Positions 47,437-57,489 of a stretch of 64,000 bases of DNA are shown here, in pieces; the stretch's first letter is position 1; the number at the start of each line of letters is the position of its first letter. The stretch lies in the IMG/VR virus record IMGVR_UViG_3300037264_003342; one strand, 5' to 3'. Origin of the DNA: an uncultured virus (IMG/VR IMGVR_UViG_3300037264_003342). Taxonomy: Duplodnaviria > Heunggongvirae > Uroviricota > Caudoviricetes. A program made the position numbers and the translations under genes. Under the pieces are notes generated by a model. That model searched no databases. It had not been told where the DNA came from and was given only the letters and a program-made list of their open reading frames with translations.

Positions 47437-47981
47437 AGAGATTCTCTATTTTGGCGCAACAAAACCCACCGGGAGATCCCGAAAATTCTTTCAACCCACC
47501 CCCCACGAAGCGGGGGGAATTGGCAGGGGCGCTGTACTGGCCTTCGGGGGAGGGCGTGTACATCGTCGAAACAGATCCTGGGTTTGTTAAGATCGGGTAC
47601 TCCAAAAACGTGAAGAAACGGTTGACCACGCTTCAGATCCCTTTTGGCAAGGAGATACGTCTTTTGATGGTTGTAGATGGGGATCGCGCATTAGAAAAAG
47701 AATTCCACCAAAAGTTTGATCGTTTTCGGGTTCGACCAGAGGTGTTTTTGCTAGAAGCGGATTTACTGAAGTGGGTAAACACATTGCGCAAACGCTGCGG
47801 TATAGGGGCGTACTCTGTTGATGCGGATATGGTGGTTGGAGCTAGGTGCGTGGCGGGAACATGTTGTTTGGTTAGTCGTCGTCAAGTTTGCAAAAGATGC
47901 GACAGAGTTCGAGCGCGGCGCGGTGATTGGGAGCGTTTGTATGCAGAGATGCCTGAACTTAGAATCGACGGGGGAGAGTGA
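47433..47981 (+). CDS. GIY-YIG/T5orf172-family protein
   Basis: VYIV....VKIGYS.NV.KRL..LQ...LEKEFH..F..FR...EVF; visibly lower GC. Confidence 0.8.
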   Translation: MKRFSILAQQNPPGDPENSFNPPPTKRGELAGALYWPSGEGVYIVETDPGFVKIGYSKNVKKRLTTLQIPFGKEIRLLMVVDGDRALEKEFHQKFDRFRVRPEVFLLEADLLKWVNTLRKRCGIGAYSVDADMVVGARCVAGTCCLVSRRQVCKRCDRVRARRGDWERLYAEMPELRIDGGE

Positions 47982-47984
47982 ATC

Positions 47985-48839
47985 ATGCTGAACCTCTTCA
48001 ACATCAAGAAGGTGAACTCGCGAGGCGGCTGCGAAGCCATGCGCTGTCCCGAGCGACCGCACGCGGATGTCGATGGTCACCTCTGGGGCCGAGTCCAGGT
48101 CACGCTCTGCGCGAAGCACATCGCGATGGCGGCCGACTACGCCGAGAAGAACGAGGCTCCGCCCTCGACAGCCCTCGTGCCGGCCGTCGCCTCTGCGATC
48201 GAGGGGCCCGAGCTGGCGTCGAGCTGGGCCGAGCGCGCTCGCGAGATCGTCAAGGAGGTGCAGGCCTCGAAATCGCACGCGGCTGAGACGCTTGAGCTAG
48301 TGCGCAAGCTCACGATCGCGAGCCACTCCGACATGGAGGACGTGGCCGAGTACTTGCGCGAGGTGAAGACCTTCCGCGACACGGTCGAGTCGAAGGAGAA
48401 AGAGATTACTACCCCCCTCAACGGGCTCTTGCGCCAGTTCCGGGCGTTGATCGCTCCGGCCAAGCAGGCCTGGACCGAGGTCGAGGGTCTGCTCAGGGGG
48501 ATGCTCTCGCAGGCCGCGCTCGACGAGGCCCAGAGGAACCGTCAGATCATGGACGAGGCGGCCCAAGCCCACGCCGACGGAGCAGACGGCTCCGCAGTCG
48601 TGCAGCAGATGACGACCTCGTCGGACCTTCACGGCGTGAACGTGCGCTTCGTCTGGAACGTCGTCGTCGAAGACGTCTCGAAGCTACCAGACGCGTACGT
48701 GACGCGCTCGGCCAACATCCTGAAGCTCAAGGAGTACGCGGCCGGCTTCGAGGGGGCGGAGCCGGAGGCTCTGCCGGGGGTGAAGTTCGTGAAGGAGGCC
48801 CCGCTCCGGGTGCAGAGCTTGAGGGGAGGCGTGGCATGA
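47985..48839 (+). CDS. Coiled-coil phage protein
   Basis: K.ITTPLN....I...F-like segment and V.D.SKLP..Y...ALPGVKF tail. Confidence 0.55.
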   Translation: MLNLFNIKKVNSRGGCEAMRCPERPHADVDGHLWGRVQVTLCAKHIAMAADYAEKNEAPPSTALVPAVASAIEGPELASSWAERAREIVKEVQASKSHAAETLELVRKLTIASHSDMEDVAEYLREVKTFRDTVESKEKEITTPLNGLLRQFRALIAPAKQAWTEVEGLLRGMLSQAALDEAQRNRQIMDEAAQAHADGADGSAVVQQMTTSSDLHGVNVRFVWNVVVEDVSKLPDAYVTRSANILKLKEYAAGFEGAEPEALPGVKFVKEAPLRVQSLRGGVA

Positions 48840-49056
48840 TCGATGACCATGACGTTGCGCTCATAACCTGGTTGTGGCCTATCGGTCGCGATGATCGGGT
48901 TAACTGGTTTGCTCTCGTTCTTTGGCTGCTTGTCGTTGGTTTTGTGGTGTGGTGCTACGTCGATAATTTGGGGGAGTGTGAAGCACAGGTGTGCGAGCAC
49001 GGAGTCGCGCGCCTTCTCGATGGCGAATGCGTTTGCGTAGAGAGTCTGGAGAGCCT

Positions 49057-49341
49057 ATGACCGAGAAAGAAGCTCTTGCGTTGTACGCAACCGGATGGTG
49101 GGAGCATGCAACACCGGCCGACATCGCGGCCTTTCAGTTGCAAGAAAAGATGCTCACCTGCCCGTTCGATGTCTTTCATCGATCAGTAGAGAAGACGCTC
49201 GGCCGCCCGGTGTGGACGCACGAGTTCGCCTTCCCCGACCACTTGATTGCGGAGCTTCACGACGAGCGAGAGCCGCCCACGATGAAGGAGATCTTGGAGC
49301 TGATCCCGGTCGAGAAACGCCTCGTAGTCGAGGTGGGCTAG
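49057..49341 (+). CDS. Conserved phage hypothetical protein
   Basis: FQL....L.CPF.VFH..VE..LGRPVWTHEF. Confidence 0.7.
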   Translation: MTEKEALALYATGWWEHATPADIAAFQLQEKMLTCPFDVFHRSVEKTLGRPVWTHEFAFPDHLIAELHDEREPPTMKEILELIPVEKRLVVEVG

Positions 49342-49544
49342 TGCATCAACCGCAGGAGCCTCTCGGGGGCGATCGGCCCCCACTTGCAGATCCTCGGCAG
49401 GTGCTCGGCCCGAGGCAACATGCCCGACTCCCAGCGACTGATGGTCGGGGACGACAGCGCCAGTTGCTTGGCCGCCTTCGTCTGCGAGAGCTTCTTGCGC
49501 TCGCGCATCGTCTTGAACCAAGTCGGAAAGCTTGCTGTCGCCAT
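49338..49544 (-). CDS. XRE-family HTH repressor
   Basis: MRERKKLSQTKAAKQL.LS.PTISRWESG..P. Confidence 0.85.
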   Translation of the reverse strand: MATASFPTWFKTMRERKKLSQTKAAKQLALSSPTISRWESGMLPRAEHLPRICKWGPIAPERLLRLMH

Positions 49545-49565
49545 GGGGGGAAGGCTAGCAACGAC

Positions 49566-49596
49566 ATTGCGAAAGCGCAATATCCGGGGCTAGAAT
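49566..49596 (+). promoter_or_regulatory. Palindromic operator overlapping a sigma70-like promoter
   Basis: ATTGCG-AAAG-CGCAAT; TTGCGA-N18-TAGAAT, between the XRE gene and a divergent operon. Confidence 0.65.
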
Positions 49597-50053
49597 GGGC
49601 TCCACAATGGTAATGACGCCCGAGAGAGCGAAGCTGATGTTGGCTGTCCACGATCTCACGGACAAGCTCCTCGAAGTGGTGAAGGAGCACGACATGCCGA
49701 CGGCCATCCTCGCGATCGAGACAGCTCTAGCTCACCGAGCCGTTGCCGGCGACATGCCGTTGCAGGAGCTGATGGACAACCTCTTAGCCAACATTCCGCA
49801 GATGTACACGATATTTACCGAACCAGAGAAGGAGGTCGGGGTCGCATGAGCAGCGTCATCCTAGAGATGTGCCGGAAGGTGCAGGAGCTGAGCGAGAAGG
49901 AGTCCCTCATCGTGAGCGAAGACGACCGAGAGTTCATCCTCGGGCTTCAGATGCTCGTGGACATGGAGGAGCCGATCGACATCCAGTACGTGGACCGCGT
50001 CACGGAGATCTACAACACGACGCTGCAGAACGCGGAGCCGTGGAGGGCGTAGG

Positions 50054-50581
50054 GTGGCGCTCCGCGACGTCCTCATCCGCCTGGCGAGGCGGCTACCAGA
50101 GCCTCGGGTCATCTACGACCGGCAAGGGGGATCTCCGTACCTCTCGCGCTACTACTTGACGAGCCAGCAAGGCGACGTCGACCCGGAGCTATTCGATGCA
50201 CGCGTCGAGGTTCCGAAGCAGATCCCGAGGCTCTTCTTGCACCGCTTCCATCGAAGTGACGACGACGGAGCGCTCCACAGTCACCCGTGGGCCTGGGCCG
50301 TCTCGCTCGTTCTCGTCGGTGGCTACAGCGAGGAGCGCCGCATCGGCGAGGATGTCGTGAGGCGCACCATCAAGCCCTGGAGCTTCAACTTCTTGTCAGG
50401 TGACAGCTACCACCGGGTCGATCTGATCGAAGAGGACGCCTGGTCGTTGTTCCTCGTCGGGCCGAGCCGTGGCCAGTGGTACTTCTGGAGCCGAGAGAGC
50501 AAGCTCCGCTGCCGCTGGCGTGAGTACATCTTGGCTCTGCGCAACGGAGCATTGGAGTCTGCCCCCTGGGAGCCGTCGTGA
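50054..50581 (+). CDS. Cupin-fold phage protein
   Basis: PYLSRYYL, LFLHRF.RSD.D..LHSHPW...SLVL.GGY.E, YHRV.L. Confidence 0.7.
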   Translation: MALRDVLIRLARRLPEPRVIYDRQGGSPYLSRYYLTSQQGDVDPELFDARVEVPKQIPRLFLHRFHRSDDDGALHSHPWAWAVSLVLVGGYSEERRIGEDVVRRTIKPWSFNFLSGDSYHRVDLIEEDAWSLFLVGPSRGQWYFWSRESKLRCRWREYILALRNGALESAPWEPS

Positions 50582-51150
50582 GCAGCTTCGACACCTGCCA
50601 CACCTGCGGTGAACCTGCCTGGGGCAAAACCCCGGATGGTAAGGGCGGGACGATCTACGCCTACAACTGCACGGCCGAGATCGTCGTGAACGGCTCTCGG
50701 GGCTTTCGTACCGTGAAGGAATGCCCCAACTGGGAGAAGCGTCAGGTCGGTCCCGTTGGGGAGGACATGTGAAGTGCGCAGCTCCTAAGGACCGAACCTT
50801 TCGAGGGATCGGCGGTCAGCGCTGCGGAGCAGACGCCGTGCGCCAGACACAGTTCGGGGCCTTTTGTCAGAGCTGCCTCGAATGGAAGCGCGATGCGTTC
50901 ATGGAGTCCCCGTTCGCGTTGATGGTCGAGCGAGCGACAGGGAAGCCACCTACTCGGAACCCTTTCGAGTGAGGTGGTACGACGACAAGCGTTTCGTTGC
51001 TTGGCTCGTCGAGATGGAGTACGTCTACCGCGAAGGCACGAAGCTGAAGCACCACTTCAGCGGGGACGGCATCGTGCTCTACATGTACGAGGCGTGGACG
51101 GCCGGCCGAGCCGCTCGACAGAAGTCGGCCAAGTGAAGTAGGCTCGCCTC

Positions 51151-52425
51151 GTGGCGGCCATCAAGCCTCATCTCGCCCAGGATGGCGAGACGTCCGAGCT
51201 ACAGAGCCGCTACTGGGAGTGTGCCGGCTCGGCACTTGGCGACCTCGCTGGCGAGGTGTGCCCGGCTCCCGAGGAGATCGCTCAAGAGGCCCACGCCGAG
51301 CTTCTGAACGTCGCCTGGATTCGCCAGGCTCTGGTCGAGAAGATGCAGGGCCGGAAGATCTGGATCCAGTACGACCGGGACGGGGAGCCCTCCATCGCGG
51401 TCGACAAGCCAGTCGGGGGCCCCGCCTGGAACCCCTCCTCAGGCTCGCGAGCGACCACGATCCTCGGTTGGACTACGAAGATGGGAGCCCCGAGCTTCAG
51501 CCTCCCGGCCGGCGCAGCGGCCATGGGGGGAGCGTGTCCTGGGGCTGCAGCCGGGCAGTCGGTCGTTTCGGCCAAGAGCCGAAAAGAGCTAGCACCGGGA
51601 GTGCTCAAGGTTCTGAACGAGTACCGAGGGAACAACCCGGTCGTCGACCAGATCAAGATCTCGCGCACGGTCTGTGAGTTCTGCTACGCCGAGGGCGGTC
51701 AGTACGCGACGAGCGGAGTGCAGAACGCTCAGTTGATGCGCTATGCCTGGGCTAAGCGCGCGGTTGGCCGACCAGGGCATGCTCCAGGTGTTCACGAATT
51801 CTACTCCGTGATGCTCGATGCGATCGACCACGCCGACTTCAAGCTTGGAGACGAGCCCGATCACTTCAAGTCGGAAGGCATGCGCTTCTTCAGGCTACAT
51901 GACAGCGGAGATTTTTTTTCCATCAGCTATTTCATGGAATGGAAGAAGATCACGCTCTACTACCACCACAAAGTTGGCGGTGAAGGCCTGAAGTTCAACC
52001 CAGATGGCACGGTGGCAGAGTACGGAAAAGGTCATCCACAGCCGATCTGGTTCTGGGCTCCTTCGCGCGGTTGGATGACGAAGCTCCTAGAGGTCATCGC
52101 GAGCGAGAACTCGACAGCGAAGCATGGTGACAACTTCGCGATCCGACCGTCGGCCTACCACATCAACGAGCACGGCCCACTCTTCACGACCGACGACCGC
52201 GAGAACGACGGTTGGGCTGCGGCGAGCACGGTCTACGACTACAAGCACAAGAAGGAAGGCCATGGTCGAGCGTTCAACTGGGACTGCCAGGCCTACGCCG
52301 CCGAGAAAGGCCCGAGCTGTCGAGGAGCAGAGAGCAACCCCAAAGGCCCCGGCAAAGGCGCAGTAGGCTGTCGCGAGTGCTGGCTCAACAAGAAGAGCGC
52401 CGTTAACTACACTCTTCATCTCTGA
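51151..52425 (+). CDS. Gp88-like Cys-containing protein
   Basis: KM..PSFSLPA...CPGA...CEFCYA...FFRLHDSGDF...FWAPSR...C..C..CRECW. Confidence 0.7.
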   Translation: MAAIKPHLAQDGETSELQSRYWECAGSALGDLAGEVCPAPEEIAQEAHAELLNVAWIRQALVEKMQGRKIWIQYDRDGEPSIAVDKPVGGPAWNPSSGSRATTILGWTTKMGAPSFSLPAGAAAMGGACPGAAAGQSVVSAKSRKELAPGVLKVLNEYRGNNPVVDQIKISRTVCEFCYAEGGQYATSGVQNAQLMRYAWAKRAVGRPGHAPGVHEFYSVMLDAIDHADFKLGDEPDHFKSEGMRFFRLHDSGDFFSISYFMEWKKITLYYHHKVGGEGLKFNPDGTVAEYGKGHPQPIWFWAPSRGWMTKLLEVIASENSTAKHGDNFAIRPSAYHINEHGPLFTTDDRENDGWAAASTVYDYKHKKEGHGRAFNWDCQAYAAEKGPSCRGAESNPKGPGKGAVGCRECWLNKKSAVNYTLHL

Positions 52426-52432
52426 GGTCGAG

Positions 52433-53245
52433 ATGCCGAAACGCGCAACAGGAGAGTTTCAGAAGAGTGTCTCTGAGCCGACACCGATCACTCTGGGGTT
52501 GAAAAAGATTGAACCGAACCCGGCATTTCGGTACACGACTCCGAGTCACCTTGGCAAGCGCCGAGAGGGAGAGCGACGCTCCCACGGCTGCATCGAAGAG
52601 ATCCGTGACCGTTGGTGCTACGTGCCTCCAGGCAAGACCGAGAAGGGAAAAAAGAAGGGCGCGAAGTGCTTTCACACCGAAGAGGAGGCGGCGAAGAACG
52701 CTGACGGGGCCAAGGTCGTCTACAAGCCAGAGAAGAAGTTCAACGGCAAGCGCTGTCGCTCTGGGCCTCGTGAAGCGTGCAAGGACACCGTCTACGACGC
52801 CTTCTGTGCGGGGTCGTCCGACCCCTGCGGCTCTCCACGCTCCACATGTCCTGTGCAGCTCGTCTGGGTGGACGGAAAGCCCAACCTTCGGTTCTGTCGC
52901 GAGCTGGGGAAACCGGGGCACCTCGTGCCGGTGTCGAACATCAGCGAGGCGATGAAGATCAGCGACGCTGCCTGTGCGAAATGGCCCTACAAGCTCGGGG
53001 TCGTCGACCGTGCCGACGGCACGGAGGGTGAGGGGGGCTGGGATCCCGAGTTCTTCGATAAGCACGCCCCCGAGGTGCTAGAGCGGGCCAAGAGGGCCTA
53101 CCCCGAGAGCGCCGGCTTCGGGGCTCTGCCTCGCCGCCGAGGCCGGAGCCGGCGTCAACAGGCCAGTGGCCCGTGGCTCGCCATCGGGCTCGCGATGGGG
53201 GTCGGAGCGGCCGTGCTCTTGAAGCGCCAGGGCGAGTCAGGGTAG
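52433..53245 (+). CDS. Cys-rich basic protein with C-terminal TM anchor
   Basis: About ten Cys residues; AGFGAL followed by an Arg run and PWLAIGLAMGVGAAVLLKR. Confidence 0.7.
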   Translation: MPKRATGEFQKSVSEPTPITLGLKKIEPNPAFRYTTPSHLGKRREGERRSHGCIEEIRDRWCYVPPGKTEKGKKKGAKCFHTEEEAAKNADGAKVVYKPEKKFNGKRCRSGPREACKDTVYDAFCAGSSDPCGSPRSTCPVQLVWVDGKPNLRFCRELGKPGHLVPVSNISEAMKISDAACAKWPYKLGVVDRADGTEGEGGWDPEFFDKHAPEVLERAKRAYPESAGFGALPRRRGRSRRQQASGPWLAIGLAMGVGAAVLLKRQGESG

Positions 53246-54018
53246 GCTTGCGTTTGTGAAACCCTTCCAAGAGCAGCTCGCCTGGAGCGCGTTTGCGGTC
53301 GTGTGCTACGTGCTCCCGTACCTCATCCCTGCGCTCAAGGACGCGGTCTACCTCCAACAGTTCGCGACGTTCATCGTCGGCAAGGTCTGGTTCTTCACGC
53401 CGCACGAGAAGGAACGCAAGAAGCGCGAGAGCCAGCCGGCAGAAGCGAGCAAGCCATGAGCAATCCCGGCGAAGTGGCACAGGAGTGGATCTCGAAAGCG
53501 CGAAAGGCGCTCGACAACGCCGACGAGGTCCACACTCTCGTCACCTCCTGCGTCAAGGAAGGCTACACGAGAGATCGCATCGAGCGGCTCTTCACGATCG
53601 TCGGGGTGCCCGGGGGGCACGCTGCGCGGATACTGGATCTGGCGTTTCCGCCGAAGTGACGGGACGACTTTCGGCCAAGTCGAGCAGTCGACGAAAAGGG
53701 TTGTGGTTGGGGTCCAGCTCTGCGGCCGGGTCCAGCTCTGCGGCGGGGTCAAACAGTGGATCGAGTTGGGGTTCGGCGAGAGGGCTTGGCTCTGAGCGAA
53801 CGGGGCGAACAGGGCGGAGGGAGCGGGAGCGGAAGGACAGCGGAAGGTCGTCCAAGCTCTGAGTGTACTCTTCGAGCGCCTTCAGCAGTTTGCCGACCTT
53901 GCAGTCGGACTGGTGAGGATGGCAATCACACTTCGGCGAGACACGCAGAGCAGCCTGTAGCTGCAGAACGTCGTGAAGCAATTCTCTCTTGCGGACTCTC
54001 TGGGCGATGCTGTCGATG

Positions 54019-54387
54019 TCAGTCATTTTCCACCTGTACGTCGATGACTTTCGACTGGTCGATCGGTCGAACGTCGATGAGCGGATGTCGCGGCTCGTCG
54101 GTTGCTCGACTCAAGGTTGCCAGAGCGACGGCAGTTGAGTCAAGTAGACCCTTCCACGGGATGGGCTTCTTCGGGCGCTTCGCTCGTCGCAGAGAGAGGG
54201 GGAGCTTCATCAACACCGTCACGGCCTTGTCGAGGCGCTTCACCGCTTGGAGGTGGGCTCGACGGGCGGCCTCGACCTCGTCGGGAGAAGCGGCCTTGCT
54301 GTCGCCGAGCGCGAGGTAGACGTCCTTCGTCTTCTTCCAGACGACGCTCGCCTCGGCCAGCTCCTGACCTATCTGTTTCGGATCCAT
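54019..54387 (-). CDS. Hypothetical protein
   Basis: Coupled ORF downstream of RecD2. Confidence 0.55.
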   Translation of the reverse strand: MDPKQIGQELAEASVVWKKTKDVYLALGDSKAASPDEVEAARRAHLQAVKRLDKAVTVLMKLPLSLRRAKRPKKPIPWKGLLDSTAVALATLSRATDEPRHPLIDVRPIDQSKVIDVQVEND

Positions 54388-54686
54388 CAGCTACCGCACT
54401 TTTCACAGATGTGGTTGGTCGACTCTGCGTCTAACTCCCAGAGCCAGTCGAACTCGTTGGTGTGGGGGAAGATCGTGGCTGCGATGCGCTCGACGCGGTC
54501 GAGCAGCTCCGAGGTGGCTCGGGGAGCGTGGTACATGCTGCAGAGGATCCGATTCGTCGTCACTGGAGTGATCGGCCGTAGTGTCTTCTCCAAGGAGTCG
54601 ACGAAGATGTGGCCGAAGGGCGAGATGAGGACGTCGGCCACTTGGGCTTTGACGACCACCTGGCAGTTCTCCATCTCCAACATCAT
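54387..54686 (-). CDS. Hypothetical protein
   Basis: Coupled ORF. Confidence 0.5.
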   Translation of the reverse strand: MMLEMENCQVVVKAQVADVLISPFGHIFVDSLEKTLRPITPVTTNRILCSMYHAPRATSELLDRVERIAATIFPHTNEFDWLWELDAESTNHICEKCGS

Positions 54687-57061
54687 ACAGGAAGTCCGAG
54701 GATGCGCTCAGTGAGCTTCGTCCAGCGCTCGTTCTGCATGGCGCTAGTCGAGGCGGTTTCGACAGCCTGGCGAGCCCCTACGAGGACGAGGTTCCGGCTC
54801 GTGCGCGTGACGGCCGTGTAGAGCACCTGCCGGCGCAGGAGCCGTCCGTGCGAGGGGTCCATGACGACGAAGACGAACGGCCACTCCGAGCCCTGGCTCT
54901 TGTGGATGGACATGCCGTAGGCGAGCCAGAGCGCCCTGAAGTGCTCGCCCTTCAGCATGTAGAGGCCGTCCGCTCGCTCCGGGTTCTCCTGACCGTCGAT
55001 GCGAACGAGAGCGAAGGTGCTCTGAATGCTGCTGTCCTCTCGGTCGATGTCTTCGACCCAACCCATGCTCCCGTTGACGAGGCCGAGCTTCGGAGAGTTC
55101 TTCGTGTACATGACCTTGTCGCCGATGTGGATCTTGTAGCCGTCCCCGCCGCTGATGCCGTCCTTTTCGTTCAGGCTGCGAGGGTTCAACTTCTTCTGCA
55201 CGGCCAGGTTGATCTCGTAGGCGCTCGCCCCGACGCCCTTCTTGCGGACTGGAGCGAGCACCTGCATCTGCTTGATGTAGCCGTTGCTGCGAGCGATCTC
55301 GTAGGCCCGGATGATCTTCTCGATGATCTCGCGAGAGCTACTCGCCTCCTCGAAGCGGAAGTCACCGTTGGGGCTCGTCACCGGAGCGAGGCTTGGGAGC
55401 TGGCCGTTGATGATGCGCCGAGCGTTCTCGATGACCCAGTTCTCGCCGGCTTGCCTGTGCGTCTTCGTGAGCTGGTAGACCGGGAGCGCAGACTCTCCGT
55501 CGATCTTGGCCTTCAGGATGTCGGTGAGCACTTGGCCGGGGCCGACAGGCGGCAGTTGGTCCTTGTCTCCGACCAGAATTACCCGTGCTCCGCCAACGGC
55601 CGAGAAGAAAGCCGAGGCGAGATTGATGTCGAGCATGCTCGTCTCGTCTAGGACGATGACGTCGGCCTCGATCGGGTTCGACTCGTCTCGGCGAAAGCCA
55701 TCCGGTGTCCATTCGAGGAGACGGTGGATGGTCGTGGCTGGGCGACCCGTAGCCTCTGTCATCCGCCGCGCTGCCTTTCCGGTCGGAGCTGCGAGGACGA
55801 TCTTCTCTTCACCCATGGCGTTGAGGGCGGCGCGCAGGGTCGTCGTCTTTCCAGTGCCAGGGCCGCCTGTCATCACCACGAGCTTGGAGAAGACGAGCGC
55901 TTCGGCAGCGGCCTTCTGGCTCTCGTCGAGTGGAGGTCGATCTGGTTGATCGAAGCTCACTGGCCGGACCTCGACCTCGTGAAGCGCCTTCTCTCGTAGG
56001 ACTCTGGCGACGTTTACTTCGGCAGCGTCGATGTCGGCGAGGAGGAGAGCGTTCGTGCGGATCTTGAGGTACTTGCTCTTGGAGAGAATCTCGCCGAGTT
56101 CCTTCATCGAGTAGCCGAACTTCGTGAACGGTTTGAGAGCTGAGACTGCGTAGTCTCGGTCGAGGAAGCAGTCCCCACCGTCTCGCCCCCAGACGGGCCG
56201 GTACTTCTCGTCGCGGGTCATCTTGCGGTTCTCCATGACGCCCGTGATCAGCTCTCGCAGATCTGAGTCACCTTCTTGGAGTCGTTCAAGGAACTCGCGC
56301 ACGTACGCCTGGATGAAGCGCAGGTCTTTCTGCTCCATGCCGTTGGGGTTGTCCTTGCGCTCGATGAAGAGCTTCACCATCTTGAAGCTCCAGCCGGGTA
56401 GATCGACAAGCTCGAAAGGATTTTCCCTCAACGTGCGCTTCAGGCCCTCGATGCCGAGCTGTTCGACCGCATCGGACGCGAGGCGAAAGTCGATGCCGAG
56501 GTTCACCAACTCGGAGACTGGGATGCGCTCGTGCTTGTACTTCTCGTAGGTTTTCTTGATCTCCTGTGCGCGTTCGCTCGTGATGCCAGAAACGGCTGTC
56601 AGTTGCTCCGGGTCGTCTTGGATGACCGAGAAGAGCAGCTCTCCGGGGAACTTCTCGGCGAGCGCGCTCGCGCGAGCTTCCCCGATGTTCGGGAGCCGCC
56701 GCATGAGCCACATCCGCATCCCGTCGATCGAATAGGGTGTGTTCGAGCGCAAGAGCGTGACGATGAACGTCGGATCGAAGCGGTCGGACGGCTGCCACCA
56801 GCCTTCGACTTCGAGGACGGAGCCGACGCCGACGTCGATGCCGACGTCACCCTTCCACGATTCGAGCTTGGTCGAGGCCCTGCGGCCTTTGCCGAAGGGC
56901 CCGCCCTCCTCGGTGACTTCAACCTTCAGAATCTTGAAGGAGTTGCCTGGTGACTCCCAGGCAACACGCTTCACCGTTCCTTTGTTGGTCTGGATCGGAC
57001 CTTGGGGCTCCTCGTCGTCGCCCGGCCGTTCGCCCAGCTCGTCGTTGTCGTCGAGAGCCAT
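54683..57061 (-). CDS. recD2: RecD2-like SF1B helicase
   Basis: N-terminal OB and HhH (LPNIGE.RA, VSGI), TGGPGTGKTT, APTGKAARR, TIHRLL, DETSM, GDKDQLPPVGPG, SIHKSQGSE, LYTAVTR. Confidence 0.92.
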   Translation of the reverse strand: MALDDNDELGERPGDDEEPQGPIQTNKGTVKRVAWESPGNSFKILKVEVTEEGGPFGKGRRASTKLESWKGDVGIDVGVGSVLEVEGWWQPSDRFDPTFIVTLLRSNTPYSIDGMRMWLMRRLPNIGEARASALAEKFPGELLFSVIQDDPEQLTAVSGITSERAQEIKKTYEKYKHERIPVSELVNLGIDFRLASDAVEQLGIEGLKRTLRENPFELVDLPGWSFKMVKLFIERKDNPNGMEQKDLRFIQAYVREFLERLQEGDSDLRELITGVMENRKMTRDEKYRPVWGRDGGDCFLDRDYAVSALKPFTKFGYSMKELGEILSKSKYLKIRTNALLLADIDAAEVNVARVLREKALHEVEVRPVSFDQPDRPPLDESQKAAAEALVFSKLVVMTGGPGTGKTTTLRAALNAMGEEKIVLAAPTGKAARRMTEATGRPATTIHRLLEWTPDGFRRDESNPIEADVIVLDETSMLDINLASAFFSAVGGARVILVGDKDQLPPVGPGQVLTDILKAKIDGESALPVYQLTKTHRQAGENWVIENARRIINGQLPSLAPVTSPNGDFRFEEASSSREIIEKIIRAYEIARSNGYIKQMQVLAPVRKKGVGASAYEINLAVQKKLNPRSLNEKDGISGGDGYKIHIGDKVMYTKNSPKLGLVNGSMGWVEDIDREDSSIQSTFALVRIDGQENPERADGLYMLKGEHFRALWLAYGMSIHKSQGSEWPFVFVVMDPSHGRLLRRQVLYTAVTRTSRNLVLVGARQAVETASTSAMQNERWTKLTERILGLPV

Positions 57062-57489
57062 CAGGCCATCCCCCTCTCGGCGCAGACGGGACCGAGGCCG
57101 CGCTCGATGCTCGCGGGGTCGGTGAGGAGCCTGTTGCACCTGGAGCACTTCCCCTCGTGCCACACCTCGACGTCGTCGGTCCCGAGGTTGCGCCAGGTCC
57201 AGTCCCACGCCTTCGCGCTCGGGGCATCGGGGCCGATCTGACTCTTCGTGCCTCGGTAGTAGTTGCCGCCGGGGAAGATCGTGCCGATAAATTCGTAGTC
57301 CTTACGGTTGTCCGGGCCTGTGAGCACGCTGACGAAGTGGACCGGCTGCTGGCCTTCTTTGGGCTTGCTCTCGCGAATGCGGTAGGTGAAGCGGTCGCCT
57401 GACCGCTTCGAGACGAGCGTCACGACGGCGTCGCCGCCGAGGATGTAGTCCCGCCGGTATTCTGGAGCCAGTTGTGCGCCGTCTGCCAT
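57061..57489 (-). CDS. DUF6011-like protein
   Basis: A..TL.S..SG.RFTY...FVSVLTGPDN..DY; HEGKCSRCNRLLTDP.SIERGLGPVCA. Confidence 0.8.
   Translation of the reverse strand: MADGAQLAPEYRRDYILGGDAVVTLVSKRSGDRFTYRIRESKPKEGQQPVHFVSVLTGPDNRKDYEFIGTIFPGGNYYRGTKSQIGPDAPSAKAWDWTWRNLGTDDVEVWHEGKCSRCNRLLTDPASIERGLGPVCAERGMA

Noticed and set aside
53709..53770. 18-bp tandem repeat (DPAAEL x2) as a regulatory array
   Set aside because: Only two full copies, within the low-complexity tail of ORF 53592-54026; looks like simple slippage.
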